A program made the translations under genes and the position numbers. This document shows, in pieces, positions 27,398 through 36,083 of a DNA stretch of 64,000 nucleotides. The first letter of the stretch is position 1. The number at the start of each line of letters is the position of its first letter. The notes under the pieces are model-generated. The model saw only the letters and a program-made list of their open reading frames with translations, searched no databases and was not told where the DNA came from. Source of the DNA: Pseudomonadota bacterium (GTDB lineage Bacteria; Pseudomonadota; Gammaproteobacteria; Xanthomonadales; Xanthomonadaceae); NCBI GenBank assembly GCA_049323195.1, contig JBMOOW010000120.1, positions 4,814-68,813 on the forward strand, written 5' to 3'.

Positions 27398-30313
27398 CTA
27401 GTGCATGCCGTTGCCGGCCACCAGGCCGGGCAGCAGGTCGTCGAAGGACTGCGGCGCGCCCAGCAGGTAGCCCTGCAGTTCGTTGCAGCCGTTCTCGAGC
27501 AGCCAGCGCTCCTGCTGCACCGTTTCCACGCCCTCGGCCACGGTGGCGATGCCCAGCGACCTCGCCAGGCCGATGATCGACTGGCAGATCGCCGCGTCCT
27601 GGGCGTTGCGGTCGAGGTCCTGCACGAAGGAGCGGTCGATCTTGAGCCGGCGGATCGGGAAGCGCTTGAGATAGGCCAGGCTCGAATAGCCCGTGCCGAA
27701 GTCGTCGATGGTGAAGCCCACGCCCAGCGCGTCGAGGCGACGCATCAGCTCGATCGCGCGCTCGGGAGAATGCATCACCACGCTCTCGGTGAGCTCCAGC
27801 TCCAGCGCGCCGGGCGGCAGGTCCAGCCTGCGCACCAGGTGCTCGATGTCGAGGTAGAGGTCGTCGTTGAACTGCGCGGCCGAGACATTCACCGCGATGC
27901 GCAGCCCGGGCAGCCCGGCATCCACCAGGCGTCGGTAATGCGCGGCGGCCTGCTCCAGCACGCGCCGGCCGAGCTCGACGATCAGCCCGCTGTCCTCGCA
28001 GGCGCCGATGAACTCCGCCGGCGGCAGCACGCCGCGCGCCGGGTGCTTCCAGCGCACCAGCGCCTCCAGCCCCTGCGCGCGGCCGTCGGCGTCGTACTGC
28101 GGCTGGAACAGCACGTCGAACTCCTCCCTCTCCAATGCTTCCCGCAGATGGTTGACCAGCTGCAGCCGTTGCGAGGCATGGGCGTCGAACTCGTCGCGGT
28201 AGACCATCGCGCGGTTGCGGCCGCGCACCTTCGCCTGGTACATGGCGAGGTCGGCATGGCGCAGCAGCGTCTGCACGTCGCCGCCGTGCTCGGGGTAGCA
28301 GCAGTAGCCGACGCTGGCGGTGATCGAATGCTGCACCTCGCCCAGCATCACCGGCTCGGCCAGCGCGTCCATCATGCGCCGGATGATGTCCGAAGGCCGC
28401 TCGCCATGCTGCGGCGAGCTCAGCACGGCCACGAATTCGTCGCCGCCGAAACGGCCCACCGAGTCGGTCTCGCGCACCACGCCCGCCAGGCGCCTCGCCA
28501 CTTCCTTGAGCAGCAGGTCGCCGGTGTCGTGGCCCAGGCTGTCGTTGACGATCTTGAAGTCGTCGAGGTCGATGAAGACCACCGCCGTGCCGGTGCCGTA
28601 GCGGTCGGAGGTGTGCAACGCCTGCTGCAGGCGGTCTTCCAGCAGCACGCGGTTGGGCAGGCCGGTGAGCTCGTCGTGGGTGGCGCGGTGTGCCAGCTGC
28701 TCTTCGTAGCGGCGGCGCTCGCTCACGTCGTGCAGGATGCCGACGAAGTGGGTGAGCGCGCCGCGGTCGTCGCGTACCGGCGCGATGTAGACCTCGTTCC
28801 AGAACAGGCTGCCGTCCTTGCGGTAGTTGCGCAGCAGCGTGCGCACCTCGTGCGCCTCGCGGATGCCGCGGCGGATCGCGTCCAGGCCGGGTTGGTCGCG
28901 GTCGCCGCGCTGCAGGAGGCGGCAGTTGCGGCCGGCGATCTCCTCGCGCGTGTAGCCGGTCATCTGCTCGAAGGCGGGATTGACATAGACCACCGGCAGG
29001 TCCGGCGCGCGCGCATCGCTGATCATCACGCCGTTGTCGGTGGATTCGACCGCGCGCCGCAGCAGGCGCAGGTCCGCTTCCTGCTGGCGGCGCTCGGTCT
29101 CGTCGAGCAGTCCGCCCACGATGCGCAGTGCATGGCCGCGCGGGCCCCGCGCGATGAAGCCGCGCTCGCTCACCTGCGCATAGCGCCCGTCACTGCGGCG
29201 CAGGCGATAGGCCTCGCGCCACTCCGACGCGCCCGAGCCCAGGGCCCGCTCGAGATTGGCGGTGACCCGCTCGAGGTCGTCGGGATGCACGAGCATGCTC
29301 CAGCCCGGCAGCGAGAGTTCCACCGCACCGCGGGCATAGCCGAACATCGCGTAGAACGAGTCGCTCCACCACATCGTGCCGGTCTCGAGGTCGAGGTCGT
29401 AGACCGCGTCGCTGGTGGCACGCGCGATCAGCGCGAAACGCTCCTCGCTGCGTTCGCGCTCGGTGACGTCCTGCGCGCCCACCAGCCGCGCCGCGCGCCC
29501 GCCGAAGTGGGTGTCGTGCACCGACAGCGCCAGCCGCACGCGGCGTCCGTCGCGGCACCTGCAGGTGATCACGGCGCCCGAGCGCCAGCGGCTGGCCCGG
29601 GCCTCGGTGCCCTGCGGCTGCTCCTCCTCGGCCAGCAGGCAGTCGATCGGCCTTCCCGCCATCTCGCCCGGGCCGTAGCCGAACAGCCGCTCGGCGGCGG
29701 CGTTGACCGCCAGCAGCGCGCCCTGCGCATGGTCGAAGATCCACATGGGCACGGGGTTGTCGTCGAACAGCGCCCGGTACTGCGCCTCCGCCTCGCGCAG
29801 GCGGCTGCGCATGACGTCGAGCTCGGTCACGTCCTTCATGAAGCCGATCACGCGACGCCCGCCCTGCTGCACCACGCGCTCGCCGGTGGTGACGATGCGC
29901 TGCACGTCGCCGTTCGGTCGCACGATGCGTACCGACACCTCGGGCCGGTGTTCGCCGCCGACCACCGCGGCGATGGAGGCGATGGCGATGCGGCGGTCGT
30001 CGGGGTGCACCGCGGCGATCACGCGGTCCATGTCGACGCCGCTTGCCGGGTCCATGCCGAAGATGCGGTAGCTGGCCGGCGACCACCACATCGCGCCGGT
30101 GTCCACGTTCCAGATGTACTCGCCGATGCCGGCCAGGCGCTCGACCTTCTTCAGGCGCTGCACGCGCCGGCGCAGCCTGGCCAGCTGTCGCAGCAGGATG
30201 CGCACGCGCCGCGTGCGATGGCCCACGCCCGACACCGCGGCCGCGATCGCCGCCACCGCACCTGCGGTGGCGGTGTGCCTGAGCGGCTTGCTCGGCAAGG
30301 ACGGACCGCGCAT
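27398..30313 (-). CDS. multi-PAS GGDEF-EAL signalling protein
   Basis: 971 aa; several PAS/PAC modules, FGGDEFVAVL, EAL domain GLEALVRW, DDFGTGYSSLAYL, EGVE, QGY. Confidence 0.9.
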   Translation of the reverse strand: MRGPSLPSKPLRHTATAGAVAAIAAAVSGVGHRTRRVRILLRQLARLRRRVQRLKKVERLAGIGEYIWNVDTGAMWWSPASYRIFGMDPASGVDMDRVIAAVHPDDRRIAIASIAAVVGGEHRPEVSVRIVRPNGDVQRIVTTGERVVQQGGRRVIGFMKDVTELDVMRSRLREAEAQYRALFDDNPVPMWIFDHAQGALLAVNAAAERLFGYGPGEMAGRPIDCLLAEEEQPQGTEARASRWRSGAVITCRCRDGRRVRLALSVHDTHFGGRAARLVGAQDVTERERSEERFALIARATSDAVYDLDLETGTMWWSDSFYAMFGYARGAVELSLPGWSMLVHPDDLERVTANLERALGSGASEWREAYRLRRSDGRYAQVSERGFIARGPRGHALRIVGGLLDETERRQQEADLRLLRRAVESTDNGVMISDARAPDLPVVYVNPAFEQMTGYTREEIAGRNCRLLQRGDRDQPGLDAIRRGIREAHEVRTLLRNYRKDGSLFWNEVYIAPVRDDRGALTHFVGILHDVSERRRYEEQLAHRATHDELTGLPNRVLLEDRLQQALHTSDRYGTGTAVVFIDLDDFKIVNDSLGHDTGDLLLKEVARRLAGVVRETDSVGRFGGDEFVAVLSSPQHGERPSDIIRRMMDALAEPVMLGEVQHSITASVGYCCYPEHGGDVQTLLRHADLAMYQAKVRGRNRAMVYRDEFDAHASQRLQLVNHLREALEREEFDVLFQPQYDADGRAQGLEALVRWKHPARGVLPPAEFIGACEDSGLIVELGRRVLEQAAAHYRRLVDAGLPGLRIAVNVSAAQFNDDLYLDIEHLVRRLDLPPGALELELTESVVMHSPERAIELMRRLDALGVGFTIDDFGTGYSSLAYLKRFPIRRLKIDRSFVQDLDRNAQDAAICQSIIGLARSLGIATVAEGVETVQQERWLLENGCNELQGYLLGAPQSFDDLLPGLVAGNGMH

Positions 30314-30434
30314 GTGTCCACCTGTGAAGACGTCGGCCGATCATGGCCACAGCCATGTCACGCCCGTCTTCACATCCTGGCGACCAAGCGGCAGTTCTCC
30401 ACCGGCGCATGGCTGCGATGCGCGGCGTATGGGC

Positions 30435-31628
30435 TCAGCCGAACACGTCGGCCGGCACGCGCACCTGCCCTTCCATCAGCACCCGTGCACTGCGGCTCAT
30501 CACCGCCCGGGTCACGCACCACTGGCCGTCGACGCAGCGCACCTCGGCACCGGCGCGCAGCGTGCCGGAGGGATGGCCGAAGGTGACGATCGCGCGTTCG
30601 CCGCCGCCGGCGGCCTGGTTGACCAGGGTGCCCGGCACCGCCGCGGCGGTCGCGATGGCCACGGATGCCGTGCCCATCATGGCGTGGTGCAGCTTGCCCA
30701 TCGACATGGCGCGGGCCAGCAGGTCGACGTCGGCCGCGCGCACGGGCCTGCCGCTGGAGGCGACGTAGTCGCGCGGCGGCGCCACCCAGGCGATCTTCGG
30801 CGTGTGCTGGCGGGTGGCGGCTTTCGCGACGTCGTCGATCAGGCCCATGCGAAGCGCGCCATGGGCGCGGATGGCCTCCAGCCTGCGCAGCAACGCCGCA
30901 TCCTCGTTGATCGCCGGCTGCAGCTCGGTGCCGTCGAAGCCCAGGTCCGCGGCGCGCAGGAAGATCGTCGGGATGCCGGCGGCGATCAGCGTCGCCTCGA
31001 ACGTGCCCACGCACGGCACCTCCAGCGTGTCGACGAGCCGGCCGGTGGGGAACATCGCGCCGCCGTCGCCGTCGCCGTCATCGGAGGGGTCGACGAACTC
31101 CAGCGGGATCTCCGCCGCGGGGAAGGCCACGCCGTCGAGCTCGAAATCGCCGGTTTCCTGCACTTCGCCGTCCGCCATCGGCACGTGCGCCACGATCGTC
31201 TTGCCGATGTTGGCCTGCCAGATGCGCACGGTGCAGTGGCCGTCCCGCGGAACGCGCGAGGGATCGACCAGGCCATGGGCGATCGCGAACGGGCCGACCG
31301 CGGACGACAGGTTGCCGCAGTTGCCGCTCCAGTCCACCAAGGCGCTGTCGATGGCCACCTGGCCGTAGAGGTAGTCGACGTCGTGCCCGGGCACCGTCGA
31401 CTTCGAGATGATCACGCACTTGCTCGTGCTCGAGGTCGCACCGCCCATGCCGTCGGTGTGCTTGCCGTAGGGGTCGGGCGAGCCGATCACGCGCATCAGC
31501 AGTGCATCGCGCGCAGGGCCGGGCACGCGGACGGGCTCCGGCAGGTCCTCGAGCCGGAAGAACACGCCCTTGGACGTGCCTCCGCGCATGTAGGTGGCGG
31601 GGATGCGGAGCTGGGGGGTGTGCGTCAT
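30435..31628 (-). CDS. prpF: 2-methylaconitate cis-trans isomerase PrpF
   Basis: 397 aa; IPATYMRGGTSKGVFF, SKCVIIS, NCGNLSSAVGPFA family pattern. Confidence 0.9.
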   Translation of the reverse strand: MTHTPQLRIPATYMRGGTSKGVFFRLEDLPEPVRVPGPARDALLMRVIGSPDPYGKHTDGMGGATSSTSKCVIISKSTVPGHDVDYLYGQVAIDSALVDWSGNCGNLSSAVGPFAIAHGLVDPSRVPRDGHCTVRIWQANIGKTIVAHVPMADGEVQETGDFELDGVAFPAAEIPLEFVDPSDDGDGDGGAMFPTGRLVDTLEVPCVGTFEATLIAAGIPTIFLRAADLGFDGTELQPAINEDAALLRRLEAIRAHGALRMGLIDDVAKAATRQHTPKIAWVAPPRDYVASSGRPVRAADVDLLARAMSMGKLHHAMMGTASVAIATAAAVPGTLVNQAAGGGERAIVTFGHPSGTLRAGAEVRCVDGQWCVTRAVMSRSARVLMEGQVRVPADVFG

Positions 31629-31679
31629 GATCGGGTCGGCAGGTGTTGGCGGTGGTGCGATGGCGGATGACGCGGGCGG

Positions 31680-32243
31680 TTACCGCTGCGCCGCGCGGAA
31701 TTTAGGCAGGTCGGCGGGCGCACACAGGCGCTGCCGAAGAAGGTCGAGCGTGCGGTGATGGTCCGAGCGCAACTGCTCGTTCCGACCGAGCGAGGGATGC
31801 TTGAACAGCCCGTGCTCCCACAGCCCGGCAGCCGCTTCCGCGAGCGACTCGTCGCGCCATTCGAAGCCGAGCCAGGCCTCTGTCCGGCGGCCGTTGATCG
31901 AGGCCAGCAGGCTGCGGTCGCGCGCCTGGCCGAAGCTGAAGCCGGACGCGAACGCCGCGGCTTCGGCGTCCACCCGCGGCCCCTCGATGCCGAAGTACGC
32001 GCAGAGCGAAGCGAACTGCAGGGCGGCGCGCTCGTGCAGCGCCTTCAGGCCCGCGGCGTTGCCGTTGAGCACGAGCGTGGCGCCGGTGGACGCGTTGAGC
32101 ACCAGCACGAAGGGCTTGCGGTTCCAGAAGTCGACATCCGCATGCCACTCGCCGAGCGGGTTCAGCTGCGGCGAAGGCTCCGGCAGCTTCGGAGACTGGC
32201 GCAGGCGCTTGAGCAGCTTGGCCGTGCAGCGCAGGACGGTCAT
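31680..32243 (-). CDS. hypothetical protein (possibly DUF6933-like), last gene of the defence operon
   Basis: 187 aa; start forms ATGA with the stop of the Res-like gene; MTVLRCTAKLLKRL...LGEWHADVDFWNRKPFVLVLNASTGATLVL. Confidence 0.65.
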   Translation of the reverse strand: MTVLRCTAKLLKRLRQSPKLPEPSPQLNPLGEWHADVDFWNRKPFVLVLNASTGATLVLNGNAAGLKALHERAALQFASLCAYFGIEGPRVDAEAAAFASGFSFGQARDRSLLASINGRRTEAWLGFEWRDESLAEAAAGLWEHGLFKHPSLGRNEQLRSDHHRTLDLLRQRLCAPADLPKFRAAQR

Positions 32244-35200
32244 GGGGCGGGCCCCGCGGCGAGGATCGCCGCGATCACGTGCGCGTAATCGGCCTGCGGG
32301 AACAGGATGTGCCGGGCCGCGAAGTCGGTCTCAGTCCACGGCACGCCCCAGCGGTCGCATAGTTCCGCGAGCGGCGTTTCCGAAACGATCCACGCATCGA
32401 CTTCGATGTCGCTCCGTCCGGCAGCCGCCAGCCCGGGCGCGACGTAATCGCGCAGGCGCGTGTGGAAGTCGGTCACCTTGTCGCCGCCGCGGCTCTCGTT
32501 GAGCAGCCCATGCGGCTCGACGAAGACGACGCGGTGGCGCCGTCCGTCGGTCGTCCACAGGATGAAGTCCGGAAAGAAACCTTCGCTCTCGTAAAAGCCC
32601 AGCCCGTGCCCGCGCGACTGATTGCGCAGCAGGTAGAGGCGCTGACCGGCGGGCAGCCGTCCAGCCTCGCAGTGCACCCGGAGCGCATCGACGAAGTCGT
32701 GTTCCGAGCGGCTAAGACCCTTGGGCGAAACGCTCACCCCCTCCACGCTCTCGTCTTCGGCGACGAGCAGGGGCTGATAGAGATGCCGGTCGAAACCGGA
32801 CCGTGCGATCTGCGGGAAGTCGCCTGCCGCGGGCGGGCGACCGGCCGCGAGGTCAGCCGCAAGGCGCTGCAGCTCGGCGATCAACGGCTGCCGGTCCACC
32901 CGCACCACGACGCGATACGGGCGGTACTGCGCCTGCGCTTCGCCGACCCGGGTCACGCGCATGTGCTGCGTCTCGAACTGCTTCTGCTGGCGGCGGTAAT
33001 CACGCTCGAACCAGGTTTCCAGCGCCTCGAACACGGCTTCCTGCAGGCGGCCCAGCGCGGCGTCATCCGCAGGCTTGAAGAAATCATCGTCTGCGATGAA
33101 CTGGCAATGCGACGCGACCAGCTCGCGCAGTTGCACCGGCCGCAGCACGACGTTAGTCCAGCCCCGCACGCGCTTTTTCTCGAGCAGACGGAAGTAGGCG
33201 CGCGTCCAGTCCACCAGTCCGAGCAGGCTTGGCGGAAGGTCGCGCGGGGGCGCTCGCTCGCCCGTGCCACCTTCCAGGCCCGCGCTGCCACCCCGGTAGT
33301 GGGAAAAGCGCGACGTCGCATCGTGCCGCACCGGCATTCTCGCCTGCAGGCCTAGGCCCACCACGCGCTCGGTTCGGAACCGCGATTCGCCCGGTGGCTC
33401 GAAATAGGGCAGGTCGGCGACGCCCGCGTCGTGCGCATCCAGGCGCCAGAGCGGCAGCTCGATCACGACGGACGGCAGGTCGTCCACGCCCTCGCGCAGC
33501 AGCGCCTCGCGGAACGTCCGCATGTACGAGGCATGCACCGAGAACACATTGAGCTGCTCGAGCCAGCGGATGTCCGGCGGATGCTCGATGCCGGGCAGTG
33601 CGGAAGAGCGCTTCAGGCTGCGGCCCAGGCCCAGCAGGCGCACGCCACGCCCGAACAGCTGGATGATCTGCGCGCCTTCCTTCTTGCCGACGTTGAGCAA
33701 GCCGAGGCTGCTGACGCGCCAGCTGCTCCAGCCTTCGATGAACTTCTTCGCGCCGATCAGCAGGTGGATGCCCGAATCGCGCCGGTCGATCTCCCGGAAC
33801 AGCGAGCCGCCGACCACGTCGTCGAGCACGGTCACGCCGTCGGCCTTCAGCAGCTTCTCGAGCGCGCTGGTGTCGCCCACGTTGACCACGCCGAAAGGCC
33901 GGGCGGCGCCTTCCGCACGCAGCGCCATTTCGCCGTCCGCGTCCCGGATGGGCTGCACCTGCAGGCGGCTGGCAGCGCCTTCGACGTGGAAGACGCGCGA
34001 GAGCACATCCGCCAGCAGCGCGTCGAAGTCGGCGTTCTCGGGATAGCGGCCGCGCAGCCAGTCCAGGGCCTCGTGAAGCGCGGCACGCCCGTCCTCGCCG
34101 CGGAACAGCCGCGCATCGTGCAGCAGGCGCTTGACCAGCCGCGCCGATTCGCCGCGGCGGTTGGTCAGGAACGCATCGAGGAAATGCAGCACGGCGGCGA
34201 TGTCCGACCCGCCCGTCTTGCCGCTGTCCACCCGCGCGCCCACGTACACCCACAACGGCCTCTCGATGCCGTACGGCCGCCAGTCCGTGCCGTCGGCATG
34301 CACGCGCAGCTGCTGGTAGTAGCTGAGCAGGTTGGCGGCCATCAGCCGGCGGCGAATGTCCTCGTCCTCGCTGTCCACGTTCAGCAGGCGGAAGTCCTTG
34401 CCGAAGCCGTCGCCGTGGAAGTAGCGGTACGAGTAGTCAAAGAGGATGGCCTTACCGTACTCGGCCAGCAGGTCCTCATTGCCTGCCGCGTTGAGCGCCT
34501 GCCCGAAGGTGGCGCTGTACTCGAAGGTGAAGCCGCTCGCGCCCAGCGCGTCGCGGTAGCCCTTCCACACGGTGCCACCGCTGCCCTTGTGGCCCTCGTC
34601 CACGAAGACGAGATTCGGCACGTCGCGACGGACCAGCTGCTCGACGGGCACACGGACGCCGCCATCCTTCTTTTCGTCCACCAGCTTGGTGATCTCGATC
34701 ACCTGTACCGCGTCGCTGGCGCCCACCAGCGGGGGGCGCTCCGGGTCAAAGCGCTCGATCGCGATCCCCGAGGCGCGCGCCTCGGCGATGTGCTGGGCCG
34801 ACAGGCCTTCGTTGGGCGTGATCAGCAGGATGTTGTTGACCGGGCCCGGGAAGTAATGCCGGTACTGCATCACGTGGAAGTGCAGCAGCAGGGTCTTGCC
34901 GCTGCCGGTGGCCATCCAGAAGGCCAGCTTGCGCAAATCGTCCCGGCCGAAGGGCCGCGCACCGGCGAAATCGGCCTGCGTCGCGGCGAAGCGGTTCAGG
35001 CTGTCGAGCAGGGCGCCGGGTGCGTTGGCGAGCCGGTCCAGGTAAAGCTCCGTGAACAGCAGCGCGAGCACCTGGAAGTAGCGCAGCTGCAGCGGCTGCG
35101 CGGCGCGGGCGCGGTTGATGCGCTCGAGGTGGGCGCGGATGTTGGCGTCGAACCGCAGAAGGTCTTTCTGCAGGGCCGCGTCGCGCACGTAGCCGATCAG

Positions 35201-35425
35201 TGCCCGGGTGACGTGGAACACGCCGTCGACGCCCACGCCCTCCTGCACGGCGGCACAGCGCGCCAACAGGGTGCGGTTGTCCGGCTGGCCGAGCAGGTGC
35301 AGCGCCCAGCGCAGCAGCACGAGGCGCTGCTCCAATCGCGCGGTCATGAGCGATGCCGAGCCCGCCGGGTTGGTGGCGGCAGGCGCGGTGGCCGTTGCTG
35401 TTGCGGCGCGTCTTGCGCGCGGCAT
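32240..35425 (-). CDS. type III restriction Res-like SF2 helicase with C-terminal PD-(D/E)xK-like nuclease module
   Basis: ATG at 35425 (TGATG with HepT stop); motif I WMATGSGKT, II FVDEGHKG, III YSATFG, EGWSS, VI QLFGRGVRL; C-terminus FFPDFILW...VVFVEPHG. Confidence 0.82.
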   Translation of the reverse strand: MPRARRAATATATAPAATNPAGSASLMTARLEQRLVLLRWALHLLGQPDNRTLLARCAAVQEGVGVDGVFHVTRALIGYVRDAALQKDLLRFDANIRAHLERINRARAAQPLQLRYFQVLALLFTELYLDRLANAPGALLDSLNRFAATQADFAGARPFGRDDLRKLAFWMATGSGKTLLLHFHVMQYRHYFPGPVNNILLITPNEGLSAQHIAEARASGIAIERFDPERPPLVGASDAVQVIEITKLVDEKKDGGVRVPVEQLVRRDVPNLVFVDEGHKGSGGTVWKGYRDALGASGFTFEYSATFGQALNAAGNEDLLAEYGKAILFDYSYRYFHGDGFGKDFRLLNVDSEDEDIRRRLMAANLLSYYQQLRVHADGTDWRPYGIERPLWVYVGARVDSGKTGGSDIAAVLHFLDAFLTNRRGESARLVKRLLHDARLFRGEDGRAALHEALDWLRGRYPENADFDALLADVLSRVFHVEGAASRLQVQPIRDADGEMALRAEGAARPFGVVNVGDTSALEKLLKADGVTVLDDVVGGSLFREIDRRDSGIHLLIGAKKFIEGWSSWRVSSLGLLNVGKKEGAQIIQLFGRGVRLLGLGRSLKRSSALPGIEHPPDIRWLEQLNVFSVHASYMRTFREALLREGVDDLPSVVIELPLWRLDAHDAGVADLPYFEPPGESRFRTERVVGLGLQARMPVRHDATSRFSHYRGGSAGLEGGTGERAPPRDLPPSLLGLVDWTRAYFRLLEKKRVRGWTNVVLRPVQLRELVASHCQFIADDDFFKPADDAALGRLQEAVFEALETWFERDYRRQQKQFETQHMRVTRVGEAQAQYRPYRVVVRVDRQPLIAELQRLAADLAAGRPPAAGDFPQIARSGFDRHLYQPLLVAEDESVEGVSVSPKGLSRSEHDFVDALRVHCEAGRLPAGQRLYLLRNQSRGHGLGFYESEGFFPDFILWTTDGRRHRVVFVEPHGLLNESRGGDKVTDFHTRLRDYVAPGLAAAGRSDIEVDAWIVSETPLAELCDRWGVPWTETDFAARHILFPQADYAHVIAAILAAGPAP

Positions 35426-35769
35426 CAGCCCGCCCCCTGGAGCAGGGCATCGACCTGCGCACGCAAGCCCGGCAAACGCGTCTGCACGATGTCCCAGACC
35501 AATGCATCGTCCACGTCCGCATAGCCGTGGATCAGGATGTTGCGGAAGGCGATGATGCGACGATGGTCCCCGATGCGCGCCAGCAGCGCGGGGTCGCGCC
35601 GGCCGAGCTGGGCAAGCGCCTCGCCGATGATCTCGAACTGGCGCTCCACCGCCGCGCGCAGCATCGCGTCGCGTTCGTAGTCTTCCCACTGCTTCCCCGC
35701 CACGAAGTCGTGCAGGCGCTGCGCGGCGCTCTGCACGTCGAACAGGTACTTGGCGGATTCAAGCCGCAT
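35425..35769 (-). CDS. hepT: HepT-like (DUF86/HEPN) toxin
   Basis: ATG at 35769; MRLESAKYLFDV...AVERQFEIIGEA...IIAFRNILIHGYADVD (Rx4H motif); overlaps the MNT gene by 11 nt. Confidence 0.82.
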   Translation of the reverse strand: MRLESAKYLFDVQSAAQRLHDFVAGKQWEDYERDAMLRAAVERQFEIIGEALAQLGRRDPALLARIGDHRRIIAFRNILIHGYADVDDALVWDIVQTRLPGLRAQVDALLQGAG

Positions 35770-36079
35770 AGAGCGCCTCGCGCTGGCCTTCGATGGCCTG
35801 CCGGAAGAAGGGATTGCGGATGGCGCGCTCGACCACGAGATCCACGGGGGCATCGAACAGCTGTTCGAGGTCCTCGCGCAGGCCGAAGTAGGCCTCGGCG
35901 TACGCGCCCGGGGGCAGCGGCTCGAAGTCCACCAGCAGGTCCACGTCGCTGCCCGGATGGCCTTCGCCGCGAGCGAGCGAGCCGAACAGCTCCAGCCGTC
36001 GCACGTGGCGGCGGCGGCAGACCGTGGCGATGGCCTCGCGCTGGGCGGTGACACGGGCACGCAGGTCGAGGGCGGACAT
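35759..36079 (-). CDS. mntA: MNT-type nucleotidyltransferase antitoxin
   Basis: 106 aa; LELFGSLARGEGHPGSDVDLLVDF minimal nucleotidyltransferase motif. Confidence 0.82.
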   Translation of the reverse strand: MSALDLRARVTAQREAIATVCRRRHVRRLELFGSLARGEGHPGSDVDLLVDFEPLPPGAYAEAYFGLREDLEQLFDAPVDLVVERAIRNPFFRQAIEGQREALYAA

Positions 36080-36083
36080 AGCT

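Noticed and set aside
23332-27576. 1414-aa plus-strand ORF
   Set aside because: It spans the antisense of the CoA-transferase and acpH genes. It is in a different frame from the real 7TM diguanylate cyclase (24701..26749 frame) and has a highly Arg/Ala-biased composition.
27353-30586. 1077-aa plus-strand ORF
   Set aside because: Antisense shadow of the PAS-GGDEF-EAL gene.
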